NCBI GenBank assembly: GCA_903861835.1
Contig: CAIOVX010000027.1
Span: 2,547 to 66,546 of the forward strand
DNA: 64,000 nucleotides
Reading direction: 5' to 3'
DNA from: Candidatus Firestoneibacteriota bacterium
GTDB taxonomy: Bacteria; Oederibacteriota; D2-FULL-39-29; CAIOVX01
Of the stretch, positions 1 through 9,634 are shown in pieces (position 1 is the first letter of the stretch; each line of letters begins with the position of its first letter). A program made the position numbers and the translations under genes. Below the pieces are notes generated by a model. It did not search any database. It had not been told where the DNA came from and saw only the letters and a program-made list of their open reading frames with translations.

Positions 1-225
1 AATATTCTTTCCCGTGAATTCTTTTACATGTTTTGAGTGATGCTTTGTGATATCAATGCCAATCTCCGCGAGGGCTTTTATTGCGAACGGATTTACCGTT
101 CCGGGCCTCGTGCCGGCGCTCACCGCTTCAAATTTCGCTCCGTGGAGCGCATTGAGCAAACCTTCCGAAAGCTGCGACCTCGCCGAATTATGAGTGCATA
201 GAAACAGTACTTTGATTTTTCCCAT
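1..225 (-). CDS. arsC: Arsenate reductase, LMW-PTPase family (5' part only, runs off the window edge)
   Basis: Manual translation [22 protein letters not shown]...SAGT...VNPFAI; P-loop motif CX5R (CTHNSAR); lies downstream of arsR. Confidence 0.9.
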   Translation of the reverse strand, partial: MGKIKVLFLCTHNSARSQLSEGLLNALHGAKFEAVSAGTRPGTVNPFAIKALAEIGIDITKHHSKHVKEFTGKNI

Positions 226-303
226 TTTTTTCTCCTGGTTTTCTTTTGTTAATTGCTTTCTTGCCCTTTTTATAATTTAGTGCTTAGCGCTTGCTTTTCA
301 ATC

Positions 304-405
304 TTCCGCCCGCTGTCCACCGACTCCGCCTTCTGTCTTCTGTCTTCCGTCCTCAGTCCTCAGTCTTTAAGCGTCCAACCCTCTAACCATCTAACCTTCC
401 AAGCC
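304..405 (-). repeat. Repeat family D (GGAAGAC/GAGGACT and GGAAGGTT/AGAGGGTT/GGACGCTT units), with a partial family E motif
   Basis: Degenerate 7-8-nt tandem units that begin within the last codons of arsR. Confidence 0.75.
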
Positions 406-729
406 TCAGCATCTAAGGCATTTCTCCCGGCTCACAATCTGCTGCTTAATCGCTGTCTCGCAACAATTCAGAAATGTATTCGCGCAGGATATGTTAAGCG
501 TGTAATAGACATTAAGCCCCTGCTTTCTGCAGGAAACTATCTCCGCGTTTAGCAATTGAGCGAGGTGGCGAGAAACATTGGATCTTTCGGCGTGAACCGC
601 CGGAAATATTTCGCAGACACATTTTTCCCCGCCGCTGAGCAAGTCTACTATCTTAAGGCGTATCGGGTGCGCCAGCGCGGAAAGTATGTCGGCTTGTTTT
701 TGGTAGAGCATATCTGATTTCTTCTTCAT
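406..729 (-). CDS. arsR: ArsR/SmtB family metalloregulator
   Basis: LSALAHPIRLKIV...CVCEI...SNVSRHL winged-HTH pattern; next to arsC. Confidence 0.9.
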   Translation of the reverse strand: MKKKSDMLYQKQADILSALAHPIRLKIVDLLSGGEKCVCEIFPAVHAERSNVSRHLAQLLNAEIVSCRKQGLNVYYTLNISCANTFLNCCETAIKQQIVSREKCLRC

Positions 730-744
730 TTATCAGCCCCTTTG

Positions 745-792
745 CTATGTGATTGAATACTCACATAGTAACATACTAACCAAGGAAGTCAA
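745..792 (-). promoter_or_regulatory. arsR promoter with overlapping inverted-repeat operator
   Basis: Minus strand TTGACT-N16-TACTAT with TG extension; inverted repeat CTATGTGA-N8-TCACATAG at 745-768 overlaps the -10. Confidence 0.65.
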
Positions 793-804
793 GCACAATT
801 TAGC

Positions 805-946
805 AAGCACCAAATTCCAAATCACAAGCACCAAATAAGCAGCAAAATACGAAAAACACAAAGAGCAAAAGGACCTATAACTTCTGTTTTTTTCTTTTTA
901 TCTCTTTTAATTTTATTTGGGATTTGGTGCTTGGAATTTGGTGCTT
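805..946. repeat. Repeat family A palindromic element (AAGCACCAAAT.../...ATTTGGTGCTT)
   Basis: Arms 805-838 and 913-946 are complementary; homologous to 32441-32610 and 59167-59321. Confidence 0.85.
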
Positions 947-1114
947 AGTTTTTGCTCTGTATTTGCTTCATTCCGGAGCGCAATAATCCTTCCCAGATTC
1001 ATATATATTGAAAGGAATGTTGGAATTTGGGTAGTTGGTGCTGAGAGAGGGGAGGAGCGCTCACAAGTGATCCTGGAGCGATTTAGGGCCTATTGGCATT
1101 GCATTTAGTCGCAG

Positions 1115-1130
1115 TGTTTCTCGTGAAACA
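1115..1130. promoter_or_regulatory. parS site
   Basis: TGTTTCTCGTGAAACA, one mismatch to the consensus TGTTTCACGTGAAACA; just downstream of parB. Confidence 0.85.
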
Positions 1131-1234
1131 CCAGTTAAGTACGATTCATAGTATCGTCATCCCATAAAAAATACATATAATGTCAATTACAACAGGCGTG
1201 TTCCCACATATATTACCAATTACATATAGTAGTA

Positions 1235-2137
1235 CTACTGTTGTGGGGGCTTGTTCACATCTTTTATCAATTCGTAAACTCTGTTTAGCTCGTCAAGTCC
1301 GGAATAATAGATTTCTATCTTGCCTTTGGCGCGTCCCTTGACCTTAACTTTGGCGCCAAGGGCATATTGCATCTTTTTTTCTGCCTCTGCAATATGCACA
1401 TCTATGTCAATAATAGCCTTTCGTGGGCCTTTTTCTATTTTCTTCAAACGGGAAACGAGACTTTCACTTTGCCTTACGGAAAGGGCCTTCTTAATGATAT
1501 TCTCACATATAGTATACTGCAAATTAGCATTTTCAATGCCCAAAAGCACCCTTGCGTGTCCCATTGAGATTGTTTCACGTGAAACATAGTCCTGTATTTT
1601 TGCCGGTAGATTGAGTAGTCTGAGGGCGTTGGTAATTGTGCTCCTGTCTTTCCCTACTTTTTTGGACATTTCATCGTGGGTAAGACCGAATTCATCTATG
1701 AGCTGTTTATAAGCAACCGCTTCTTCTATTGCATTTAGATCGTCTCTTTGGATATTCTCAATAAGGGCAAGTTCAAGCATGTCTTCGTCTTTCACATCTT
1801 TTAAAATGGCTGGAATCTTTGCCAATCCGGCTTCTTTGGTTGCTCTTAGGCGTCTTTCCCCGGCTATTAGCTCGTATTTATCAGCTCCAATCTTTCTTAC
1901 TGAAATAGGCTGAATTACACCCTTTTCTTTGATGGAAGCGACCAATTCTTTGAGTTTTTCCGGATTAAACTCTTTCCTGGGCTGGTATTTGTTTGGTATT
2001 ATATTGCCTATTTCAATATCAATGATGCCTTCCCGAATGACTGTATTATCGGTGTTCTGTTGCGAGTTTTGGGTGGGTGTCTGCGGGCCAGATCCTGTGA
2101 TGAGCGCTCCTAAACCTTTACCTAATCCCTTCTGCAT
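1235..2137 (-). CDS. parB: Chromosome partitioning protein ParB/Spo0J
   Basis: GLGKGLGALI N-terminus, GERRLRA box, ENIQRDDLNAIEEA, HTH. Confidence 0.97.
   Translation of the reverse strand: MQKGLGKGLGALITGSGPQTPTQNSQQNTDNTVIREGIIDIEIGNIIPNKYQPRKEFNPEKLKELVASIKEKGVIQPISVRKIGADKYELIAGERRLRATKEAGLAKIPAILKDVKDEDMLELALIENIQRDDLNAIEEAVAYKQLIDEFGLTHDEMSKKVGKDRSTITNALRLLNLPAKIQDYVSRETISMGHARVLLGIENANLQYTICENIIKKALSVRQSESLVSRLKKIEKGPRKAIIDIDVHIAEAEKKMQYALGAKVKVKGRAKGKIEIYYSGLDELNRVYELIKDVNKPPQQ
1571..1586. promoter_or_regulatory. parS site inside the parB coding sequence
   Basis: Perfect TGTTTCACGTGAAACA, encoding VSRET in ParB. Confidence 0.9.
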
Positions 2138-2891
2138 GATTGACCACCTCTTTGGCTAGATGAATGTAAGCTTCAGCTCCGGTACTCCTCACATCATAAA
2201 GGATGACCGGTTTGCCGTATGAAGGCGCTTCGCTTAATCTTACATTTCTTGGTATGTAAGTATTATACACCTTTTCTTTAAAATATTTCAATATTTCTTC
2301 TTTTACCTGCTGCGCCAGGGTGGTTCTGCTGTCATACATAGTCAATACAACGCCTTCTATTTCAAGCTTTGGATTCAGATTCTTCTTCACAAGGTCTATG
2401 GTGTTTAATAATTTGGTTACGCCCTCCAGGGCATAATATTCGCATTGAATTGGAATAAGTATGCTGTCTGCCGCAGCCAGGGTATTCAAGGTAAGTAAGC
2501 CTAATGATGGGGGACAGTCTACAAATATGTAGTCATATTCCTCTTTAATAGGGTATATGGCTTCTTTTAACTTATATTCACGAGCCATTTGTGGGACAAG
2601 CTCTATCTCGGCACCGGTTAAATCAATATTGGAGGGGGCAACTTTCAGATATGATATTTCTGTTTGAAGCAATACCTCTTTCAAGGGCTTAGCGTTTATT
2701 AAACAATCATATATGCTGCTTTCAACCTGATAGGGATTTATGCCAAAACCGCTGGTAGAGTTACCCTGAGGATCCATATCAATCAGTAGAGTGTTTTTTT
2801 CAAGAACGCCTATAGAGGCGGCAAGATTGACGGCAGTTGTGGTCTTTCCCACTCCGCCTTTTTGGTTGGCTATCGCTATGACTTTTCCCAT
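2118..2891 (-). CDS. parA: Chromosome partitioning ATPase ParA/Soj
   Basis: NQKGGVGKTT deviant Walker A, DMDPQGN, DCPPSLG; TTGACA-N17-TAAAAT promoter upstream. Confidence 0.97.
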   Translation of the reverse strand: MGKVIAIANQKGGVGKTTTAVNLAASIGVLEKNTLLIDMDPQGNSTSGFGINPYQVESSIYDCLINAKPLKEVLLQTEISYLKVAPSNIDLTGAEIELVPQMAREYKLKEAIYPIKEEYDYIFVDCPPSLGLLTLNTLAAADSILIPIQCEYYALEGVTKLLNTIDLVKKNLNPKLEIEGVVLTMYDSRTTLAQQVKEEILKYFKEKVYNTYIPRNVRLSEAPSYGKPVILYDVRSTGAEAYIHLAKEVVNHAEGIR

Positions 2892-2955
2892 TTTCTCCCC
2901 GAGCAGCGATAATTTTACATTGGCGGGGGCTCAATGTCAATGAAAGATGATATAT

Positions 2956-3036
2956 GATTAGAAGGATTAGATAGTGAGATTACGCAGATTAAATCATCTT
3001 TAATCCACAAAATCTCTTTTCCTAATCAGCGTAATC
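2956..3036. repeat. Repeat family B palindromic element (GATTACGCAGATT...AATCTGCGTAATC)
   Basis: Inverted arms; begins 1 nt after the rsmG stop on the minus strand. Confidence 0.8.
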
Positions 3037-3037
3037 C

Positions 3038-3748
3038 TTACTTTGCTTTGATGGGACGTTTTTCGGGGATGCCGGGCTTCCTGGGATACTCCTGGGTGAT
3101 ATTTCTTATTTTTCTTACAACCGCAATATTCCTGTCGGAATCATCGCCCGGCAATTTCACCTTGCGAATATCCTCAAGCTTGCCGCCGAGAATCTCTATG
3201 ACCTTCTCCGCGTTCTTTATTTCTTTCGCATCGCGCCCTTTCTGCGCTATAAAGAGGCCACCAACCTTGACGAAAGGGAGGCAAAACTCTGCAAGCACAG
3301 GCATCGTTGCCACTGCTCGCGCTGTCACAACATCGTATTGTTCCCTGAAAGCAGGATCTCTGCCGAATTCCTCGGCTCTTCCCCATTTCGCTTCGGCTCC
3401 GGTAAGTTTGAGCTTCTCGATAATATGGTCAAGAAAGACAACCTTTTTGGCCACACTATCCATAACCGTGACCTTAAGGTTCGGACAGACAATCCGCAAA
3501 ACTAGCCCAGGGAAGCCCCCTCCGGTTCCGACATCCAACAGGTTGCCCTCGGGGTTGATCAGCGGAAGAATACTAAGAGAGTCTAGAAAATGGTTTTTAT
3601 ATATTTCGTACTCGCCTGTTATGCCCGTGATGTTGGTCTTTTTATTCCAGGCAAGAAGCTCATCGGTATAGGTTTTAAAATCCGAGAGCATTTTTTCGTC
3701 GGCTTTTAAATAGGGTGAAAAGAGATAAATGAGTTGTTCAATGGTCAT
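3038..3748 (-). CDS. rsmG: 16S rRNA m7G527 methyltransferase (start revised to ATG 3748)
   Basis: HFLDSL, DVGTGGGFPG, VTARAVA, YPRKPG; position between mnmG and parA. Confidence 0.95.
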   Translation of the reverse strand: MTIEQLIYLFSPYLKADEKMLSDFKTYTDELLAWNKKTNITGITGEYEIYKNHFLDSLSILPLINPEGNLLDVGTGGGFPGLVLRIVCPNLKVTVMDSVAKKVVFLDHIIEKLKLTGAEAKWGRAEEFGRDPAFREQYDVVTARAVATMPVLAEFCLPFVKVGGLFIAQKGRDAKEIKNAEKVIEILGGKLEDIRKVKLPGDDSDRNIAVVRKIRNITQEYPRKPGIPEKRPIKAK

Positions 3749-3770
3749 ATCTGATTTTAACGCAGATGGC

Positions 3771-3941
3771 CACCAAATGCAATACAAATACCAAACACCA
3801 AACAACAAGCACTAAATTCTAAATTCTAAAAAACACCTAAACCCTCAGGGAGCGCTTCGACTGTCGTACCGTATGCCGCGCGAAAGACTTGCTTGCCAGT
3901 TTGCCCTTTGCTTATTGTTTAGAATTTCGCGCTTAGTGCTT
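3771..3941. repeat. Repeat family A, degenerate copy
   Basis: CACCAAA/AAGCACTAAATTCTAAA units with a complementary arm overlapping the mnmG stop. Confidence 0.7.
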
Positions 3942-5825
3942 ATTGTTTGTTTTTTTCATATATACCAGCACTGCCGTTATATCCGACGGCGCTATTCCGG
4001 AGATTCTTCTCGCCTGCCCGATAGATTCCGGCAGTATCTTTTTGAACTTTTCGACTGCCTCTCCGGAAAGCCCGTGGACTTTTTTATAATCAATGCCCGG
4101 TGTTATTTTGATATGCTCTTCTTCTTCAAACCTTTCAATCTGCTCCAGCTGTCTTTTGATGTAGCCCTCATATTTTACCTGAATCTCCGCCTGCTCGAGG
4201 ACTTCCGCCTTAAGTCGCGCATCAAGCCCGGCAACCGCCTTTATACTGCCTGCCAGGTCGGCAATACCGATTTCCGGCCGACGCAAAAGTTCTGTCAAGG
4301 AAATGCGCTCGGTAAAATCAGAAGAGTTTAAGTTCTTAACGAATATTTTATTCTCCGCAGTGGCCTTTAAGAATGTTTTGCCAAGTTCTAAGAGAACGGC
4401 CGTTATGCCCTCTTTTTTCTTTTTAAACCTCTCGTGCCTGGTCTTTGAAATCAGTCCGAACTTAAATCCGTACTCCGTAAGGCGAAGGTCGGCGTTATCC
4501 TGTCGCAGAACCAGCCGGTACTCGGCCCGGGAAGTGAACATGCGGTAGGGCTCTTCGGTGCCTTTCGTTACAAGATCATCAATCAAGACTCCAACATAGC
4601 CTTCTGAGCGGCCCACTACAAACTCTTCTTTTCCGCCGCGCGCCCTCAGAGCAGCGTTTATTCCGGCGATAAGCCCCTGCGCGGCCGCTTCCTCGTAGCC
4701 CGAGGTGCCGTTTATCTGCCCGGCGAGGTAGAGGTTTTTAACTGCCTTGGTCTCGAGAGTATGCTTTATTTGGTCCGGCGGAACAAAATCATACTCTATG
4801 GCGTAACCGGGCCTCATTATTTCAACATTAGCAAGGGCCGGGATGGACCTCAGAAAAGCGTACTGGACATCCAGGGGCAGGCTGGTAGAAAGCCCGTTGC
4901 AATATATTTCAAGCGTGGAGAGCGCCTCAGGTTCAAGAAAGATCTGGTGCCTGGTCTTTTCCGGAAAACGCATAACTTTGTCTTCAATTGACGGACAGTA
5001 GCGCGGCCCGACACCTTTGATTCTTCCCCCGTAGAGCGGAGACCTGTGGATGTTTTTCCTGATGATAGCGTTAGTAGCTTCATTGGTATAAACTATCTGG
5101 CAGGAGACGAGGGGGCGATCTATCTTTTCGGTCTCAAAAGAAAAAGGGAGAGGGATTTTGTCCCCGGGCTGATCCTCCGTTTTAGAAAAATCTATCGTAT
5201 TCCTGTTTATTCTCGGATTGGTGCCGGTTTTAAGCCTGCCAAGACGCAGCCCCGCGGCTTTCAGGGCAAGCGAGAGTTTTTCGGCTGCCAGTTCGCCGTT
5301 TCTCCCCCCGGGATAGGAAGCTTCACCGATATGAATGAGGCCGTTTAAAAATGTCCCCGGAGTGAGAACTACACAGGTTGCTTCATATATAGTGCCTATG
5401 TTGGTCTCTATCCCGCAAACCTTGCCCTTCTTAATTATCAGCTTCTCAACAATACCCTGCTTTATGTCAAGACCCGGCTGGTTCTCGAGCACCTGCTTCA
5501 TATACTGCTGGTATTCCTTTTTGTCTGATTGAACCCTTAGGGAATGAACAGCCGGCCCTTTCTTTGTATTTAACATCCTGAACTGGATTCCGGTGCGATC
5601 TGCGGCTTTTCCCATTTCGCCGCCCAGAGCGTCTATCTCTTTTACGAGGTGTCCTTTGGCAAGTCCTCCGATAGCAGGATTGCAGGACATCTGGGCGATA
5701 TTATCAAGGTTAATGGTAAATATACAGGTTTTTAAGCCCATTCTTGCCGCCGCAAGGGCAGATTCAGCGCCTGCGTGGCCTGCTCCAACCACTAATACAT
5801 CATATTTCGTACTATTTTTATACAT
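3933..5825 (-). CDS. mnmG: tRNA uridine-5-carboxymethylaminomethyl modification enzyme MnmG/GidA
   Basis: VVGAGHAG, MSCNPAIGG, GPRYCPSIEDK, GQINGTSGYEEAAAQG; ATG 5825 follows a GGGGGA RBS. Confidence 0.98.
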   Translation of the reverse strand: MYKNSTKYDVLVVGAGHAGAESALAAARMGLKTCIFTINLDNIAQMSCNPAIGGLAKGHLVKEIDALGGEMGKAADRTGIQFRMLNTKKGPAVHSLRVQSDKKEYQQYMKQVLENQPGLDIKQGIVEKLIIKKGKVCGIETNIGTIYEATCVVLTPGTFLNGLIHIGEASYPGGRNGELAAEKLSLALKAAGLRLGRLKTGTNPRINRNTIDFSKTEDQPGDKIPLPFSFETEKIDRPLVSCQIVYTNEATNAIIRKNIHRSPLYGGRIKGVGPRYCPSIEDKVMRFPEKTRHQIFLEPEALSTLEIYCNGLSTSLPLDVQYAFLRSIPALANVEIMRPGYAIEYDFVPPDQIKHTLETKAVKNLYLAGQINGTSGYEEAAAQGLIAGINAALRARGGKEEFVVGRSEGYVGVLIDDLVTKGTEEPYRMFTSRAEYRLVLRQDNADLRLTEYGFKFGLISKTRHERFKKKKEGITAVLLELGKTFLKATAENKIFVKNLNSSDFTERISLTELLRRPEIGIADLAGSIKAVAGLDARLKAEVLEQAEIQVKYEGYIKRQLEQIERFEEEEHIKITPGIDYKKVHGLSGEAVEKFKKILPESIGQARRISGIAPSDITAVLVYMKKTNNKH

Positions 5826-5885
5826 TTCCCCCACTTTTACAACTTTTTTCCTGTTTTTTGTGTATTGGTTGCCCCAAAAGTATTC

Positions 5886-6160
5886 TTACCAACAAGATAT
5901 CCACAATTGTGGATACATTCTTATCAACAATTAGCTCATAATGTGAATTAGTTTCTAATGTTTTTATTATGCTTTGGAACCAAATGCATTTTCTCAATAG
6001 CCTAAAGTGGATATCAGGTTTATCCACTAAGTTATGCACTGACAGGGACTTTCCTTATCCACAGCTAATCCACAGATATTTATAATAAGTCCCGAATACC
6101 CCAGCAACAGTATATCTTAATTATCAGGGACGTAATTTGAGCGCCATTTTTTGTGGATAA
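5886..6160. promoter_or_regulatory. DnaA-box cluster between mnmE and mnmG
   Basis: Perfect TTATCCACA 6055-6063 and TGTGGATAA 6152-6160; near-matches at 5886, 5897, 5908, 5921, 6006, 6020, 6032, 6067. Confidence 0.85.
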
Positions 6161-6222
6161 CAGTCTTACAAGTCTGAGAAAAGTCTCTGGATAGATCTTT
6201 CGCTTCGCTCAAGATGAATTGC

Positions 6223-7605
6223 TCACTTTCCTACACAAAACTCAGAGAAAATCCTGTTTATTATGTCTTCAGAGGAGACTCTTCCGGTTATCGCTCCCAG
6301 ATGATCAAGCGCTCCCCTAATATCCAGGGCAATGAACTCTTCTGACATCCCCTTCTTGATTGATTCAAGCGCATTGTCGAGAGAAAGAACGGCGTTTTCG
6401 AGCAAAAGCTTGTGCCTCAGGCTGGTTATGATTATTTCCTCGCTGCCCCTAACCCCTCGCTCATCAACCAGCCGGCGAAGCGCTTTTTTCAATTCTTTGA
6501 TGCCCTTGGCCTTCAGGGCCGAGATATTGATAATCTTTACACCGGGAAGAAGTTTTTCAACTTCTCTTTCCTCAAGTTTCTGTTTAAGGTCGGACTTATT
6601 TATCACAATAAGGGCCTTCTTTCCCCTTGCCCTCTTAGCCGCTTCCCTATCGTCTTTGTTGAGTTTTTCAGAACCGTCAAGCATAAGGATAACGGCGTCC
6701 GCGCTTTCAATGGAATTGAAGGTCCGCTGAATACCTTTTTTTTCAATAAGGTTGGAAGATTCTCTGATACCTGCGGTATCGGAAAGTACGAAGGGCATCC
6801 CCTCAAGGTTTATTCCTTCTTCAATTATGTCCCTTGTCGTCCCGGGCAGGTGGGTGACAATGGCCCGCTCCTCTTCAAGGAGTTCGTTTAGCAGACTTGA
6901 CTTGCCGGCGTTAGGACGCCCGACTATAGAGGTCTTGACTCCTTCCCTAAGAATTTTCCCCGCTCCCGCCGTAGCAAGCAGTTCTTTAAGCCTCTCACGG
7001 GCAGAGGAGAGAGCGCGCGCGGTTACTTTCAGTCCGGCCGCTTCTAAACCTTCTTCCGGAAATTCAATATTTGCTTCCACTTCAACCGCCGCGGATTTTA
7101 TACTTTCCGCGATTTCTTTTAATTCTCCTGAGAGGCGGCCCTTAAGCTGGTTTACCGCCGCGCTCAAACTATCCGACGTTTTCGCTTTTATTATATCCAC
7201 TACCGCTTCTGCCTGGGCCAGATCGATCCTTCCGTTTAAGTAAGCCCTTCTTGTGAACTCTCCCGGCTCCGCGAGGCGCGCGCCAAGAGTTATAGCCGCT
7301 TCCAGCGTCCTGCGCACCGAGACCATTCCCCCGTGGCAATTTATTTCGGCAACATCTTCCCTCGTGTAAGTTTTTGGAGCCTTCATAACGGAAAGAATAA
7401 CTTCGTCAATAATCTTCGAAGTCTTCGGGTCTACGGCGTGGCCGTAATGAATGGTGTAGGAAGGAAGCGCAGCCGCTTTCTTGCCTTGCTTAAGCTTTAT
7501 CAGTTTGCCGGCAATGCTTATTGCCTGCGGCCCGGAGAGCCGGACGATGCCGATGCCGCTTTCACCGGGCGCCGTGGCTATTGCAGCAATGGTATCCTGT
7601 TTCAT
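6223..7605 (-). CDS. mnmE: tRNA modification GTPase MnmE/TrmE
   Basis: DTIAAIAT, GRPNAGKSS, GTTRD, DTAG, NKSD, C-terminal FCVGK. Confidence 0.98.
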   Translation of the reverse strand: MKQDTIAAIATAPGESGIGIVRLSGPQAISIAGKLIKLKQGKKAAALPSYTIHYGHAVDPKTSKIIDEVILSVMKAPKTYTREDVAEINCHGGMVSVRRTLEAAITLGARLAEPGEFTRRAYLNGRIDLAQAEAVVDIIKAKTSDSLSAAVNQLKGRLSGELKEIAESIKSAAVEVEANIEFPEEGLEAAGLKVTARALSSARERLKELLATAGAGKILREGVKTSIVGRPNAGKSSLLNELLEEERAIVTHLPGTTRDIIEEGINLEGMPFVLSDTAGIRESSNLIEKKGIQRTFNSIESADAVILMLDGSEKLNKDDREAAKRARGKKALIVINKSDLKQKLEEREVEKLLPGVKIINISALKAKGIKELKKALRRLVDERGVRGSEEIIITSLRHKLLLENAVLSLDNALESIKKGMSEEFIALDIRGALDHLGAITGRVSSEDIINRIFSEFCVGK

Positions 7606-9629
7606 TTTTTTACTGCCACCTTCAGGGTCTCTGAAATGAGCTTGCCTGTCCAGCCCTTTTCAAAGCCTTTGAGCGGAGCGCCGCCATCGTAAGTGATTAT
7701 TAAGTCATACTCTTTCTCGACGGTGTTTTGAGCCGCAGGAAGCAGCACATACTCTTTTTCAAATGAAACGCCCGGAGCAAGCACCTCTACGCGCTGAGCC
7801 GCTTCCGCCGCCGATAGTTTTTCAGTTTCATCCGCGAACAGCCTTCCGGCAATCAAGCCTTCATAGAAGAGACCAGCGTCAAAACCCAGGGGCCCGCCGG
7901 CGGAGTTAAGGAGATAGGCCTGTTCCGGCGAGTCGTTCTTTATAGAAACCGTTATCTTTATATCTTCACCCGGTTTAAAAATAAGCGCAGTTGCCGGAGC
8001 AGCCAACAGAACCTGCCCCTGGGTTCCCGTATCCGGGGAGTCAAAAAGTGTGCCAAGTTTTTCAGCTTGCAGGCCGTTGAGTCTTGCGCTCTCCGCCTTG
8101 TAGATTTCCCTCTCTTCTTCTTTAATACCGGCAGACGCGGAAAGCGCCGAAAGCTGCTGCAGGGCGCACGGAAGAAGCCCAAGTTTCAGATAGATTTTAT
8201 AAAGCGCCTCTGCGGCAATCCTGAAGCCCGGCGACTCCGCAGGAACTGACTTCAATATATTAATCTCGGGAGCGTATTTTTTAAAGAGTATGCCGGGCGC
8301 ATAAGGATCTAACAGCGCGGCCTCTTCTGCTTTCCCCTCCGGCAGCAGGCAAAGCGCTTTGAGACTTCCGTAATCGCGGTTGTAGGGTTGTTCCATTCCC
8401 GAAACCGACGGGTCATAGGAAGCGAGCCAGCCCAGCGCCTTCTCCCGGTCAAAACCAAGTTCATAATAGTAACGCGCAGCGTCAACATAAGCGGAGAATT
8501 TCCTCTGCCTCATTATCCTTTTCGTTAATTGCCCGCGGAAGGCTTCATCCGAAAAATGTTCGGCGTTAAGCGCGCAGGACTCCCTCCCGGGAACACCGGA
8601 AAGCAGACCAAGCAGTTCAGCGGGCAAAAGATCTAAAGGACAGTAAAGCTTAAGCGCCTCGACCGGGTCAAGACTCATCAAGGCGCGAAAACCCGGCAGC
8701 ATATTATTTTTATCGGCGAGGAGAGCAAGAAGCTCTCCTTTGACGCGAACATCTTTCAGGACGGCAAGAGCAGTAAGCATATAGAAGGAGGCGTTTTCCG
8801 CGCCTGTTTGAACCAAAAGCGTCGCTGCTGAGCCGGCCGTCTGAGCGGCCGGAGACTTTAATTCAAGATAAGCTGCATAGAGCGCCTCCGCTCCGTCCGG
8901 CAGGGTTACAAGCTCCTTCCCGCAAAGCTCGCAGAAGTAAAACTGCTTCTTCCCGGCCTTCTCTTTCAGCGCTTCGCAATATTTTTGCGCCCTCACGCTT
9001 CCGGGCTGATCCTTCAGTTCTGTTTTAAGTTTTAGGAATTCTATGGCATCGCGGGCTGCCGCGCGGACAGGATAATAATCCCTTCTCTGCGCGTAGCGGT
9101 CGTAAAGGAGCGGGGTAAAATACTGGCTGGCTCCGCCGTCAGCCGTTTCCATAAGGGCCTTTAAGGCGGATAATCTGACACCTGAACTTCTGTCTTTTAA
9201 GGCCTGCCGAAAAGTGCCGGCCGCAGCTTCAGGCGCCGCCGCAGAGAGAGCTTCTATAATTCTTTGCCTGAAGAAACCGTTCTTAAGATCGGCGAGGAGA
9301 TATTCGAGGTCGTTTAAATTCTGCGAGCCGCGGTTCAGAAGTTTTTTTAGTTCGGGGTTAGGTTCGGTCACGGTAAAACCGGCTTCGGGAAGATCCAGCG
9401 TGTCGCGGTCGGCAGCCCGTATACTTTCTATGAGCCTGTCCGCTTCTTTCGCGGCGTCATCGTCGCGCCCTTTAAGCCAGGCGGTTTTCAGTACGGAACC
9501 CGCAGAGGCGGTGTCAGCCGCCATTATTCTGGGATCGAGAGACTGCTCTCCGGTCACATCCCCTTCCGGCGCCGCAAGCAGCAGCGCCGGAAGCAGGACC
9601 TGTATGAACAGGAGAGTGGTTTTTTTCAT
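7602..9629 (-). CDS. Secreted HEAT/alpha-solenoid hypothetical protein, 675 aa (start revised to ATG 9629)
   Basis: MKKTTLLFIQVLLPALLLA signal peptide; HEAT-like ALKDRSSGVRLSALKAL and YPVRAAARDAI; stop overlaps the mnmE start. Confidence 0.7.
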   Translation of the reverse strand: MKKTTLLFIQVLLPALLLAAPEGDVTGEQSLDPRIMAADTASAGSVLKTAWLKGRDDDAAKEADRLIESIRAADRDTLDLPEAGFTVTEPNPELKKLLNRGSQNLNDLEYLLADLKNGFFRQRIIEALSAAAPEAAAGTFRQALKDRSSGVRLSALKALMETADGGASQYFTPLLYDRYAQRRDYYPVRAAARDAIEFLKLKTELKDQPGSVRAQKYCEALKEKAGKKQFYFCELCGKELVTLPDGAEALYAAYLELKSPAAQTAGSAATLLVQTGAENASFYMLTALAVLKDVRVKGELLALLADKNNMLPGFRALMSLDPVEALKLYCPLDLLPAELLGLLSGVPGRESCALNAEHFSDEAFRGQLTKRIMRQRKFSAYVDAARYYYELGFDREKALGWLASYDPSVSGMEQPYNRDYGSLKALCLLPEGKAEEAALLDPYAPGILFKKYAPEINILKSVPAESPGFRIAAEALYKIYLKLGLLPCALQQLSALSASAGIKEEEREIYKAESARLNGLQAEKLGTLFDSPDTGTQGQVLLAAPATALIFKPGEDIKITVSIKNDSPEQAYLLNSAGGPLGFDAGLFYEGLIAGRLFADETEKLSAAEAAQRVEVLAPGVSFEKEYVLLPAAQNTVEKEYDLIITYDGGAPLKGFEKGWTGKLISETLKVAVKK

Positions 9630-9634
9630 TGGCC

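Noticed and set aside
253-1108. Short ORFs 253-552 and 917-1108 (also 25786-26163, 28487-28825, 32577-32801, 34184-34432, 36876-37085, 53422-53697)
   Set aside because: They are translations of repeat tracts or antisense overlaps, with low-complexity products and no convincing RBS.
1571-1586. parS inside parB as a novelty
   Set aside because: parS sites within or beside parAB are common; kept as a feature only.
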